IMG/VR virus record: IMGVR_UViG_3300028048_000039
Location: 256,001-320,000 of that record
From: a virus
Lineage: Duplodnaviria > Caudoviricetes
DNA length: 64,000 bases
Reading direction: 5' to 3' (one strand)
Shown: in pieces, positions 1-9,255 of the stretch
Layout of the letters: each line of letters starts with the position of its first letter
Numbering within the stretch: the stretch's first letter is position 1
Translations under genes and position numbers: made by a program
Notes under the pieces: model-generated
Told to the model about the DNA's origin: nothing
Database searches by the model: none
Seen by the model: the letters and a program-made list of their open reading frames with translations, nothing else

Positions 1-2
1 AA

Positions 3-146
3 GAACTCAAGAAGAAGACTATTTCAATCAATGAATCAACTTCTAAGACCGCTAAGGGAACTAAGGAACTTAACGAGAATAAGACTTACAAGTCAAATGA
101 CCTCATGAAGACCCTTGACCTTATGAAACGTGTCAATGAGTATTAA
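3..146 (+). CDS. 3' end of probable prohead scaffold/core protein (partial)
   Basis: Open frame ELKKKTISINESTSKTAKGTKELNENKTYKSNDLMKTLDLMKRVNEY* ends 33 nt before the capsid gene. It has I/L-N-E motifs and sits in the gp22-like position. Confidence 0.6.
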   Translation, partial: ELKKKTISINESTSKTAKGTKELNENKTYKSNDLMKTLDLMKRVNEY

Positions 147-179
147 TAATTGAATAATAAAATAAAACAATAGTAAATT

Positions 180-2204
180 ATGAAAGAATTTTTAGCTTCT
201 GGACAGGTTGGGAACATTGAACTCAACGAACAGAAAAGAATTAGAACTGAAATTGCTAACCGTTGGGACTCACTCGGAATGACTGAGGGTCTTAAGGGTG
301 TAGTAAAAGAGAATATTGCAATGCTTTATGAGAACGAAGCTAGACAGCTTCTTCGTGAGGCTTCTTCTTCAGAGAACAGTGGTTCTTTCGAGACTGTAGT
401 ATTCCCTATCATCCGTCGTATCTTCAGCAAGTTGCTTGCTAATGATATCGTATCCGTACAGGCAATGAACCTCCCAGTAGGTAAGTTGTTCTATATGCTT
501 CCTCAGACTTCTGAGAGAGAGTGGGAATTCCTTGGTGAGGAAGGAAGAGTAAAGAATGGTTCTGTAGGTCGCCACAAGGGACTTATGGGATACAGCCGTG
601 AAGACCGTAACAATAACGGTAGAACTAGCGGAAATAGATGGAATCGTTTCTATCTTCCTGATGAGGTAGTTAATAACATGGAGTTTGAGTATCAGAAGGC
701 TGACGGTACTTGGGAGAAAATCCCTGCTGACGGTCCAGTTGATTACACTTACTATGATGAGGCTGCTAAGGAATGGAAGACTAAACAGGGTCCAGTTGAT
801 AACTATGACTCCGCTCTTCAGTATGCAATGAATACTGCTCCAAAGATTACTCTTCCTGATGGAACAAAGGTTGCTCCTGTAGTTCGCCAGGTTAAGCCAA
901 CCGTTACTAAGTATCATAAGAGGACTCTCTATGACCTCTTCTACAATGACTTCCTTTATGACAACTCTAAGGGAAAGGTTCGTATCCGTGTTTCTGACGA
1001 GGTTGAGCCTGTTATCATGGTAGATTTTGAACCAGTTGAGCTTACTGACGATAACATTAAGCTTTATGCTGACGGTACTCTCCGTAACGTTATCCTTAAG
1101 ATAAAGGGCTTCTCTGATTACAAGCAGGGTAAGCTTATTGGTCCTGACGGAAACGAGATGGATTCTGAGGCTTTCTTGGCTTCTCTTAAGGTTTATGCAA
1201 AGGAAGATATCACTGGTGATAACACTTGCTTCGACAAGTATGAGGGAATTCCTTTCCGTGTAGTATCTCAGAGATATGGTCACGCTCTTGTAGAGGAAGG
1301 TAACTTCATTCTCCTTGACCTTGACCTTGCAAAGCCAGCTAAGAAGCAGGGTGCTTCCCTTGACGGATATCTTGGAATTGATAACCCAGGTGCTGACAAA
1401 CTTAAGGACATGTTTGAAGTAGCATGGGCACAGTATGATAGCCTTGAGCTTGAGACTGAAATTGGTGAGGTTTCTTTCGCACTCAGCAGCGTAACCGTTT
1501 CTGTAGAAGAGAGAAAACTTCGTGCAACTTGGTCTCCTGAACTTGCACAAGATGTTAGCGCTTTTCATAATATAGATGCCGAGGCTGAATTGACCGCATT
1601 GCTTTCAGAGCAGATTGCTGCTGAAATCGACCGTGAAATTCTCCGTGACCTTCGTAAGCTCGCTCCATGGCAGGCTCGTTGGGACGTTAATGGATGGAGA
1701 CGTCAGGCTGGTTTCTCAACCAACTACACTCAGAAAGACTGGAACCAGGAACTTATCACTAAGATTAACCAGGTTTCTGCTCAGATTCACAAGTCAACCC
1801 TCCGTGGTGGTGCAAACTTCATCGTAGTTTCATCTGAAATCTCTGCAGTATTTGATAACCTCGAATACTTCCATGTTTCTGATGCTAACGCTGAGGCTGA
1901 CCAGTACAACATGGGTATTGAGAGAATTGGTGCTCTCCAGAACCGTTATCAGGTTTATCGTGACCCATATTCTCCAGCATGGTCTATAATCATTGGTCAT
2001 AAAGGCAAGAGCCTTCTTGACACTGGTTACATCTATGCACCTTATATCCCTATGCAGTTGACCCCAACTATTTACAATCCTGAGAACTTCGCACCAGTAA
2101 AGGGTATCATGACTCGTTACGCTAAGAAGTGCGTTAATAACAGATTTTACGGGGCCGTCAAAGTGGATGGACTTGTACAGTGGGACCCACAGGAAATCAG
2201 ATAA
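180..2204 (+). CDS. major capsid protein (T4 gp23-like) with large central insertion
   Basis: Motifs DIVSVQAMNLPVGKLFY, RKLRATWSPELAQD, DAEAELTALLSEQIAAEIDREIL, GYIYAPYIP and KGIMTRYA match gp23-family capsids. Confidence 0.95.
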   Translation: MKEFLASGQVGNIELNEQKRIRTEIANRWDSLGMTEGLKGVVKENIAMLYENEARQLLREASSSENSGSFETVVFPIIRRIFSKLLANDIVSVQAMNLPVGKLFYMLPQTSEREWEFLGEEGRVKNGSVGRHKGLMGYSREDRNNNGRTSGNRWNRFYLPDEVVNNMEFEYQKADGTWEKIPADGPVDYTYYDEAAKEWKTKQGPVDNYDSALQYAMNTAPKITLPDGTKVAPVVRQVKPTVTKYHKRTLYDLFYNDFLYDNSKGKVRIRVSDEVEPVIMVDFEPVELTDDNIKLYADGTLRNVILKIKGFSDYKQGKLIGPDGNEMDSEAFLASLKVYAKEDITGDNTCFDKYEGIPFRVVSQRYGHALVEEGNFILLDLDLAKPAKKQGASLDGYLGIDNPGADKLKDMFEVAWAQYDSLELETEIGEVSFALSSVTVSVEERKLRATWSPELAQDVSAFHNIDAEAELTALLSEQIAAEIDREILRDLRKLAPWQARWDVNGWRRQAGFSTNYTQKDWNQELITKINQVSAQIHKSTLRGGANFIVVSSEISAVFDNLEYFHVSDANAEADQYNMGIERIGALQNRYQVYRDPYSPAWSIIIGHKGKSLLDTGYIYAPYIPMQLTPTIYNPENFAPVKGIMTRYAKKCVNNRFYGAVKVDGLVQWDPQEIR

Positions 2205-2227
2205 TTTTGAATTACTGATTGTAAAGA

Positions 2228-2260
2228 AATAAGGACTCAGAAATGGGTCCTTATTTTTTT
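2228..2260 (+). terminator. intrinsic terminator after capsid gene
   Basis: aataaggactc-agaaat-gggtccttatt hairpin followed by a T-run. Confidence 0.8.
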
Positions 2261-2280
2261 GATATTATCCAAGAATAATC

Positions 2281-2308
2281 TTGACAAATTTTCAAGATTG
2301 GTTATATT
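2281..2308 (+). promoter_or_regulatory. early/middle-type promoter
   Basis: TTGACA-N16-TATATT upstream of the ATG at 2325. Confidence 0.6.
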
Positions 2309-2324
2309 TTATAGAAAAAAGACT

Positions 2325-2441
2325 ATGAAAATGTATTCACCAATATTAGTATTAGAGAATGAAGACACAGGAAAAATAGTTAAGATATTTGGAATTACTA
2401 TTTATCGTAAAATTTACTTGCCTTCAACCAATCACAAATAA
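2325..2441 (+). CDS. small hypothetical protein (38 aa)
   Basis: ATG just downstream of the promoter; start trimmed from the ORF-track call at 2259. Confidence 0.45.
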   Translation: MKMYSPILVLENEDTGKIVKIFGITIYRKIYLPSTNHK

Positions 2442-2503
2442 CCTTCGGAATAAAATTCAGTTGGTTATATTTATGGAAAATAACCGTTATCATTTAATAT
2501 ATT

Positions 2504-2620
2504 ATGGAAGAAAAAGATTGGAACGAGAAATTTAAGAGAGCAAGAAGAATAATTAACATTCTTGGAATAATCATCGGTGTTGGCTTTATCACTGCAGCAT
2601 TGATTATTTATTTTGCTTAG
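2504..2620 (+). CDS. small single-pass membrane protein (38 aa)
   Basis: MEEKDWNEKFKRARRIINILGIIIGVGFITAALILYFA*; read directly, below the ORF-track cutoff. Confidence 0.6.
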   Translation: MEEKDWNEKFKRARRIINILGIIIGVGFITAALIIYFA

Positions 2621-2626
2621 TATATT

Positions 2627-3031
2627 ATGAAGATTATAAAATTTATTTGGCAGTTACCACAAAATCTTGCAGGGTTATTATTCTTAAAGTGCAAGAAAGG
2701 CAGAAAGAGTGTTAAGTTCTTCGATAAGACTGACTGCAAATTCTTTACTGACAATAACGGCTCAGTATCGCTTGGTGATTATATTTTCGTGCTTAACCCT
2801 AATAGTAGTGAGACTGTGAATCATGAATATGGGCACCATAAGCAGTCTCTTTACCTGGGGCCATTATACCTTTTGGTTATTGGACTTCCTTCAATCATAG
2901 GATATTGGATTGATGTTCTTTTCCATGAGAGTTGGAGTTGGATTAAGAGAGACAAGTGGTACTATAATCAACCTTGGGAAAAGTGGGCTGATAAACTCGG
3001 TAGTGTGAAGAGATACTACCCGAATATTTAA
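2627..3031 (+). CDS. small membrane-associated zinc metallopeptidase-like protein
   Basis: HEYGH zincin motif followed by hydrophobic LGPLYLLVIGLPS and a downstream E (PWEKWAD). Confidence 0.6.
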   Translation: MKIIKFIWQLPQNLAGLLFLKCKKGRKSVKFFDKTDCKFFTDNNGSVSLGDYIFVLNPNSSETVNHEYGHHKQSLYLGPLYLLVIGLPSIIGYWIDVLFHESWSWIKRDKWYYNQPWEKWADKLGSVKRYYPNI

Positions 3032-3037
3032 TAAATT

Positions 3038-3074
3038 AAAAGTCCAGACAAAAAAGTTTGGACTTCATTTTTTT
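3038..3074. terminator. terminator between convergent genes
   Basis: aagtccagac-aaaaaa-gtttggactt hairpin with flanking A/T runs. Confidence 0.65.
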
Positions 3075-3095
3075 CATTGGCAACGATGTAGCAGT

Positions 3096-3593
3096 TTACA
3101 CCAACTGGTCATTATACTCTCCATTTACCCGTGCCATCATAATTGCCCTTGTAAGCCCATTTAAATAACGGCTTTTTATCTTGCTGCTATCATATACATA
3201 TTGCATAACTTGAAATGGTGTTCCCAATTCATTTTGTCCTTTAAATGTCTGTGGAATACAAGGCGTGATTTTACAATTATCACAATTAGGCATAGTCTTG
3301 CAATCTTTGGTTATGTCTGTTCCATTATCAATAAATACTATTGAGATATTGATACAAGTTGAAGGGTCTTCTAGTCTTGTGCTATTTGACAATTCTTCTC
3401 TATCAGTCCAAGTCTTCAAATATGTTCCGTGATTTGATAATCTAATTTGAATTGCGGGCAAATCTTTTCTTTTCTGTATCAGATAAAACGAATTCCCCTT
3501 CTTGCTTGCACTAAATGAAGCCGCATGTGGATACCTTTGGCGTAAGTCCTTATACCTATTTAATATTATAGAAATAATTGAAGTTGCATTCAT
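3096..3593 (-). CDS. hypothetical protein (IRLSNH motif, Cys cluster)
   Basis: 165-aa ORF; no confident family. Confidence 0.6.
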   Translation of the reverse strand: MNATSIISIILNRYKDLRQRYPHAASFSASKKGNSFYLIQKRKDLPAIQIRLSNHGTYLKTWTDREELSNSTRLEDPSTCINISIVFIDNGTDITKDCKTMPNCDNCKITPCIPQTFKGQNELGTPFQVMQYVYDSSKIKSRYLNGLTRAIMMARVNGEYNDQLV

Positions 3594-3620
3594 AGTTGCC
3601 TTTATTTATCTTAGACTTTA

Positions 3621-4019
3621 TTATTTATTAAACCAAATTACATAAGGAAAATCTGTTCTTATGATATTTTCTGTTACGTCTGAAGGAAGGATTTCAACAT
3701 CACTTTTACTTGTCTCTGTGGCATAGTTTCCATATCCATCATCATCAATTAATGCTCTTTTTTGACACATTTCTTTAAATTCTTCTATTGTGTACATATC
3801 ACCATTCCATTCCTTTCCATATTCTATGACTGGCTCCTGTTTTACTCTTTTATACTTTGAAATAAAGTAGAGTCGTTCCAAGATATCATGTGCTCTCTCA
3901 CAATATTCAGAAAACGATTTCCCTTCCTTGAGGCATTCATCTTCTATATCCTTTCGCCTCTCTTCGAGGCGACCTTCCTCTCTAATGAGTTCTTCGTATG
4001 TATGTTTTGAATAATCCAT
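3621..4019 (-). CDS. hypothetical protein
   Basis: ORF-track 3621..4046; start trimmed to lie downstream of the promoter at 4038-4066. Confidence 0.65.
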   Translation of the reverse strand: MDYSKHTYEELIREEGRLEERRKDIEDECLKEGKSFSEYCERAHDILERLYFISKYKRVKQEPVIEYGKEWNGDMYTIEEFKEMCQKRALIDDDGYGNYATETSKSDVEILPSDVTENIIRTDFPYVIWFNK

Positions 4020-4037
4020 AATTAACATATTTCTTAT

Positions 4038-4066
4038 AATATACAAATTAAAAAAAGAAAAAGCAA
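4038..4066 (-). promoter_or_regulatory. early/middle-type promoter
   Basis: TTGCTT-N17-TATATT on the minus strand. Confidence 0.5.
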
Positions 4067-4086
4067 GAGTTTTTCTCTTGCTTTTT
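4058..4086 (-). terminator. intrinsic terminator
   Basis: aaaaagcaagag-ttttt-ctcttgcttttt perfect inverted repeat directly after the SprT stop. Confidence 0.75.
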
Positions 4087-4087
4087 A

Positions 4088-4975
4088 TTATCTAGTTACG
4101 ATTGCTAGATTATCCTTCTGAACAAAGTCATACTCGGTTTTTAGTTCATATTGGTTTATCTTCTGCATTATTTCTGGCTTATTCGATATTACCCAATATC
4201 TATACTTGCGCATAAAGTTTTTATATCCGGCATTATAAAGGTATTGTTTAAGTTCGTCATCGTCACATGTTTTAATGACCTCGTTTGTCGTATTATATCT
4301 TCTTTCCCTTGCAATTATTGCATCAGCAACTGTCCTATTTTGTGCAAAGATAAATCTTACTTCACCCTTGTTAGGCATATAAATGAACATCAACTTTGCA
4401 TTCTTCAATTTATTATCAACTTTTTTCTTATTCCTTGCTGCAATGTCACTATCCAATTCCATTTCCTGCATTTGTTCAGCGCTTGCAATTCTTTCAACAG
4501 TAAATAGGTCGTCTGACCTTTGAGAAACAATGTGTGCGATGTTCTTAAATTCAATTCCATGCATTTGTTTTGGGCAGTATCCATCATACATTGTGTAATA
4601 ATGGCACATTTCATGAAGTAATGTTGAAAGTGCGGCTTTCTCGGTCCATTTGTAGTTTCCGTTCAACTCAATCTTTGGTTTTACAACATCAACAAAAATG
4701 TTCCTTGTAACGTAAATATCTCCAGCAAATGCTGGAAGAAATATTCTTCTGTTTTTACGTTTCGCCTTAAGCCCAATTCTTGTCATTTTAAACCAACCAA
4801 GAACCCCTCCGTTGCAACCCTTACCGGTTGTGAAAATGCCCATTTCACAATCACCAAGTTCTCCATCAAATAACTTTTCATTCAATTCTTTGTACTTTTC
4901 TTTTAACCATTCAGGGGTTAATGTAATAAACTCACTTTCTTTAACTTCATTAGGTATTCTTAAACTCATTTCCAT
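4088..4975 (-). CDS. SprT-like zinc metalloprotease
   Basis: ELNEKLFDGEL N-terminus, TLLHEMCH and a downstream HG..F are the SprT signature. Confidence 0.85.
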   Translation of the reverse strand: MEMSLRIPNEVKESEFITLTPEWLKEKYKELNEKLFDGELGDCEMGIFTTGKGCNGGVLGWFKMTRIGLKAKRKNRRIFLPAFAGDIYVTRNIFVDVVKPKIELNGNYKWTEKAALSTLLHEMCHYYTMYDGYCPKQMHGIEFKNIAHIVSQRSDDLFTVERIASAEQMQEMELDSDIAARNKKKVDNKLKNAKLMFIYMPNKGEVRFIFAQNRTVADAIIARERRYNTTNEVIKTCDDDELKQYLYNAGYKNFMRKYRYWVISNKPEIMQKINQYELKTEYDFVQKDNLAIVTR

Positions 4976-5047
4976 ATTTAAAATATTATTTACAACATAA
5001 AAATAGCATTAAATAGCTGTTTTTCGCCGAAAAAGTACGTTTTCCAG

Positions 5048-5055
5048 CTATTTAT
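5048..5055 (+). promoter_or_regulatory. late promoter motif CTATTTAT (terminase)
   Basis: Recurrent intergenic motif. Confidence 0.7.
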
Positions 5056-5088
5056 TGTAAATATACAAATAAAAAATTAATTTTACAA

Positions 5089-6966
5089 ATGGTAATTGAT
5101 TACGACTATCTTGCGAGTGAATATGCGAAGTGTTGGAAAGATAAAAGTCGTATCTATATGATACAAAATTATCTAAAGACTTATGATGCAACACAGTTTA
5201 AGGAAGTACAGTTTAAACTCTTCCCTAGACAGCAAGACTTATGCCACACACTCGGTGATGCTAGTAATGTTGTGACCACCAAGCCACGTCAGGCAGGAAT
5301 TACAACAACTGCAGGTGCATTCATTGCTTGTGAAATGGTACTTGCAAGTAAAGATAGCCCACAAACGGTCCTTGCAATTGGTAATACATTGGACCTTGCA
5401 CAACAGATGCTTTTCAAGATAAGGGACTTCTTGCTTCAATTCCCATTATGGATGTGGGGTGATGAATATATTGACGGAGTAAAGAACCCATTGGAAAAAC
5501 CATCAAATAAATATGTAATTTTTAATACATGTAATTCTAAGGAACTTATTTTAAAGAATGGTTGTAAGGTTGTTGCTCGTTCATCAGGTCCTGATGCATC
5601 TCGTGGAGTCGGTGGTGTTACTTGGCTTATCTTTGATGAGGCGGCCTTCATTGAGAATGGTGTAGATGTTTATGCATCAGCACTTCCAACGGTTTCAACT
5701 GGTGGCCACATCATCATGATATCAACGCCTAACGGTAAGGACTTGCTTTATTATGAAACTTGTAGAAGAGCAGCATTGAAGGGTACTTCCGATTGGAACG
5801 GTTTTGAACTTGTTAAATTGAAATGGTACCAAGACCCAAGATATAATAAATTCCTTGAATGGACAAAGAAGAATTCTGAAACTGGTGAAGTTGAAGTAAA
5901 GAAAGAAGATTATCTTGATAAGGCTGGAAACATTAAGTATGACCAAGTACATTGGGATAAGATGATTGAAGAAGGATGGGCACCACGTAGTCCTTGGTAC
6001 ATTAAGATGTGCCAGCAATTTAATAATGACAGCCAAAAGATTGCTCAGGAATTGGATGTGTCATTCCTTGGTTCGGCTTCCAATGTTGTTGAACCAGAAT
6101 ATATTGAGATGCAAATAAAACTTAATCAAAGGGACCCACTTTATGTAGACCCAATGGTTGAAGACACTTGGATTTGGAAGGAACCAATCCCTGGCCATAG
6201 ATATATTTGCAGTTGTGATGCCTCAAGAGGTGATGCTGCTGATAGAACAGCAATCGAAATACTTGACCTTGATGGAATTGATGATGACGGAAAACCTTGT
6301 CTTGAACAAGTGCTTGAATATCACGGAAAGATGACTGGTGATGATGTCGGTGAATTAATTTTCAAATATGCTAACATGTATAATGAAGCATTTGTCGTTG
6401 TGGATTGTATTGGTGGCGTTGGTGATGCTGCGATATTGATGTTACAACGATTAAAGTATAAGAACCTTTATTATGATGATGCAGAATTGAAGAATTATAC
6501 TGCACAGAGGGAAGCGTCTTCATTAAAACCGAGGAGGGAAGATGGTAAGTTGCCGGGTTTCCATTGTAATTCAGTTCGTTTCCAGATGCTTACTCAATTT
6601 GCTTATATGGTAAAGACCAATCAATTTAAGATTAGGTCAAAGAGAGTAATCGCAGAACTTGACACTTGGATTTATAAGGGAACCGCAGCGAGAATAGACC
6701 ACCAGGATGGGTGCCATGATGATACCCTTACCTGTCTTGCAATGGGTATTTTCGTTATGAAGTATTCAATGGAAGTACAAATGAGAGCAGTTGAAAAGGA
6801 TAAGGTAATACTGAAGGCTTGGACCAGGGGAAGTGAAATACAGGACCCTAAAGCTGAAACTCACGAAATATCAATTGCACCAAAGAAGAAGTTTACAATG
6901 CCATTTTATACCGGAACTTCCTCAAATAATGATAAATTTGGTGCTTATAGGTGGTTAATAAAGTAA
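5089..6966 (+). CDS. terL: terminase large subunit (gp17-like)
   Basis: KPRQAGITT Walker A, LIFDEAAF Walker B, ISTPNG motif III, and nuclease DASRG...HDD. Confidence 0.95.
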   Translation: MVIDYDYLASEYAKCWKDKSRIYMIQNYLKTYDATQFKEVQFKLFPRQQDLCHTLGDASNVVTTKPRQAGITTTAGAFIACEMVLASKDSPQTVLAIGNTLDLAQQMLFKIRDFLLQFPLWMWGDEYIDGVKNPLEKPSNKYVIFNTCNSKELILKNGCKVVARSSGPDASRGVGGVTWLIFDEAAFIENGVDVYASALPTVSTGGHIIMISTPNGKDLLYYETCRRAALKGTSDWNGFELVKLKWYQDPRYNKFLEWTKKNSETGEVEVKKEDYLDKAGNIKYDQVHWDKMIEEGWAPRSPWYIKMCQQFNNDSQKIAQELDVSFLGSASNVVEPEYIEMQIKLNQRDPLYVDPMVEDTWIWKEPIPGHRYICSCDASRGDAADRTAIEILDLDGIDDDGKPCLEQVLEYHGKMTGDDVGELIFKYANMYNEAFVVVDCIGGVGDAAILMLQRLKYKNLYYDDAELKNYTAQREASSLKPRREDGKLPGFHCNSVRFQMLTQFAYMVKTNQFKIRSKRVIAELDTWIYKGTAARIDHQDGCHDDTLTCLAMGIFVMKYSMEVQMRAVEKDKVILKAWTRGSEIQDPKAETHEISIAPKKKFTMPFYTGTSSNNDKFGAYRWLIK

Positions 6967-6975
6967 AGAAAAAAA

Positions 6976-6983
6976 CTATTTAT
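6976..6983 (+). promoter_or_regulatory. late promoter motif CTATTTAT
   Basis: Recurrent intergenic motif. Confidence 0.7.
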
Positions 6984-6999
6984 CTAAAAATATTTGACA

Positions 7000-8139
7000 A
7001 TGACTAAGATAACAGATGAAATAAAAGAATTGTTTAAGACCGTGAGAAACCTTCTCGGTGCTGGCGTTAGAGCTGTAGAGCTTACAGATGAACAGTTATG
7101 TTCACTCTTGTCAGTAGCCATTGGTGATTATGGTGAAAGGGTAAAAAATGAGGTTATAGCTAACTCCTGGGCTGGTTTTTATGGAAAGAACACAGCAAAT
7201 TCTCTCGAACTTGCACAGGCATTCATGACACGTAGCCTTGACCTTACTAAGGAGTATTCCTACTGGTTTTCAAAGCAGGTAGGACTTCAACAAAACGGTC
7301 CTTGGGAGCTTAAGAAAGACTTTATAACTATTGAGAGGGGAAAGCAGGTGTATGTAATCCCTGCTGGACGTGTCGTTAATAAAGTTATGTATGTTAATCC
7401 TCCAATGACTGACACTGCCATGTTTGCTAATTACATGGGTGGTGGTGTTGGTTTCATGCCTGGTCTTGGTCAGGTTGGTGCTGGTTATGGTTATGGTGCT
7501 GGTATGGGTGGTTTCTACACTACTCAAGCTGCCGACGTTGCTTATATGGCCGCCGACCTTAACTTCAAGAGCAGATTATTCAGAGGTGACCTCACTTACA
7601 AGGTTACTGCTGGACCAGATGGAACTCACTTACTTCACCTTATGTCAACTCCTGGAAGTAAATTAGCATTCGGATTCTCAGGTTTAATGAATGGAAGTAT
7701 TGGACTCGTTGGTTGCCAGGTTTGGTACACCTACTATGATACAACAGATGCTGATGATGCTGATGAATGCATGAGGTATCACGCTGATGATGTAATCTTG
7801 TCGCCAGACCAAGTTCCAATTGAAACTATGGATTATCACTTCCTTAATGAACCAGCAAAGGTAATTGTCCGTCAGTTACTTGTTGCAAAGGCTAAGGAAT
7901 TGCTTGGCCTTATTCGTGGTAAATTTAGTGGTAAAGTAAATATTCCTCAGGCTGAAATGAGTATGGACTATCAAATGCTTATTCAGCAGGGTAAGGAGGA
8001 ATATGATAAAGTTATGGAGAACTTGATGAAACGTCTTGAAAGAATGCGTCCAGTTAATATGATGAAGGAACAGGCAGACCTCGCTGAAAGTCTTAACAAA
8101 CTACAGAGTTATACTCCACTTGGAATATATGTAATTTAA
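7000..8139 (+). CDS. neck/head-tail adaptor protein (gp13-like)
   Basis: LGAGVRAVELTDEQL N-terminus and AKAKELLGLIRGKF..IP C-terminus; ATG at 7000. Confidence 0.8.
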   Translation: MTKITDEIKELFKTVRNLLGAGVRAVELTDEQLCSLLSVAIGDYGERVKNEVIANSWAGFYGKNTANSLELAQAFMTRSLDLTKEYSYWFSKQVGLQQNGPWELKKDFITIERGKQVYVIPAGRVVNKVMYVNPPMTDTAMFANYMGGGVGFMPGLGQVGAGYGYGAGMGGFYTTQAADVAYMAADLNFKSRLFRGDLTYKVTAGPDGTHLLHLMSTPGSKLAFGFSGLMNGSIGLVGCQVWYTYYDTTDADDADECMRYHADDVILSPDQVPIETMDYHFLNEPAKVIVRQLLVAKAKELLGLIRGKFSGKVNIPQAEMSMDYQMLIQQGKEEYDKVMENLMKRLERMRPVNMMKEQADLAESLNKLQSYTPLGIYVI

Positions 8140-8142
8140 ATT

Positions 8143-9093
8143 ATGAAACACTTAAAAGTATTTAATACAAAGGAACAGTACAATCAGTATAAGCAAGCAG
8201 GTAACATTGAATACCCGCTTACTTCCTATATTGAAGAAACAAGGGAAACACTCTTTGATTATTGGGTACCTAACAATGTTATCATATATTTAGATGACTT
8301 TGGTGAAAAAGATGGTAACTGTCCGCCAGAAGAAATCCAATGGTTTATAGATAATGGCTATCACACAAATCCATATTATTTTGTAGATGAAATATTTTAT
8401 GATGGTAAATATTTTTGGTTATGGTATCATCCAGATTATGAAGAATATATTTTAAGCTACTGTTTTAATAATTTTGATGATTTATATCAACATAGTATCT
8501 ATTATAACATTGAGCTTAAATATAGTCCTATTGTTTGCCGACTAACAAAAGATTTTAATGAGTTTGATTATGATGATGTAGAAGGGTTTAACAATTTTAA
8601 CTATACCAAGGATGTGTTGCTTGATGTTGTACAAGAGCAATATTCTCCAATATCATTACCAGTAACAAGCCCCTATAATAGTAAAATCCCAGCCCCAACA
8701 ATGCGCATGGTAACAGGGGACGATGAAAATATGTGGCGCTCTTATTTTGAGGAAAGAGACCAACGTGGTGATATCTTTAATTTGGTTGATAATGATTTCA
8801 ATTATAAAGAATTTCATCATTGCTGTTTGTGGCACATGGACAACGACCACATGGGTAATAATTGGAATAACCCAATTTATATTTTAACCACTCAAGTACC
8901 AAAGGGCTATGATAAATATAATAGTGATTGCTCTGTTACTTATTATCCTGTTTTAGCAAAGTTTTCAGAGGATAGAGATATGGAATATATAACTAATATG
9001 CAGCAATACCATAATGACGTACTAATTTACGTAGCAAACAATGGAAGCTATATAGAATTAGACAGTTATAGCTTTGTTGAAAATTTTAGATAA
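8143..9093 (+). CDS. hypothetical protein with two internal ~110-aa repeats
   Basis: LW..YIL..YSPIV..KDVLLDV versus LW..YIL..YYPVL..NDVLIYV; Tyr/Asn-rich. Confidence 0.7.
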   Translation: MKHLKVFNTKEQYNQYKQAGNIEYPLTSYIEETRETLFDYWVPNNVIIYLDDFGEKDGNCPPEEIQWFIDNGYHTNPYYFVDEIFYDGKYFWLWYHPDYEEYILSYCFNNFDDLYQHSIYYNIELKYSPIVCRLTKDFNEFDYDDVEGFNNFNYTKDVLLDVVQEQYSPISLPVTSPYNSKIPAPTMRMVTGDDENMWRSYFEERDQRGDIFNLVDNDFNYKEFHHCCLWHMDNDHMGNNWNNPIYILTTQVPKGYDKYNSDCSVTYYPVLAKFSEDRDMEYITNMQQYHNDVLIYVANNGSYIELDSYSFVENFR

Positions 9094-9112
9094 TAAAGCA
9101 AAAGAGTAAATT

Positions 9113-9141
9113 AAGGCCGTAGGATTTCCTGCGGCTTTTTT
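9113..9141 (+). terminator. intrinsic terminator
   Basis: aaggccgtagg-attt-cctgcggcttt followed by a T-run. Confidence 0.8.
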
Positions 9142-9175
9142 CTTATCCAATTTTCATAGAAACTTAAATACAAAA

Positions 9176-9183
9176 CTATTTAT
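9176..9183 (+). promoter_or_regulatory. late promoter motif CTATTTAT (portal)
   Basis: Recurrent intergenic motif. Confidence 0.65.
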
Positions 9184-9255
9184 AGGAAATAATAGTGCCC
9201 AAAAATCTTTATTTTTTTGAGGTAAAACGTTATATTTTAATTAAAACTTTTAATT

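Noticed and set aside
369-1568. 399-aa antisense ORF and other shadow ORFs (e.g. 10770-11285, 51846-52361, 63380-63724)
   Set aside because: They lie opposite well-supported genes, reflect codon bias or repeats, and lack motifs and promoters.
2618-2629. In-frame TAG read-through fusing 2504 with 2627 (likewise 37528 into 37532)
   Set aside because: In-frame spacing is expected one time in three, and each downstream gene has its own ATG; no other support.
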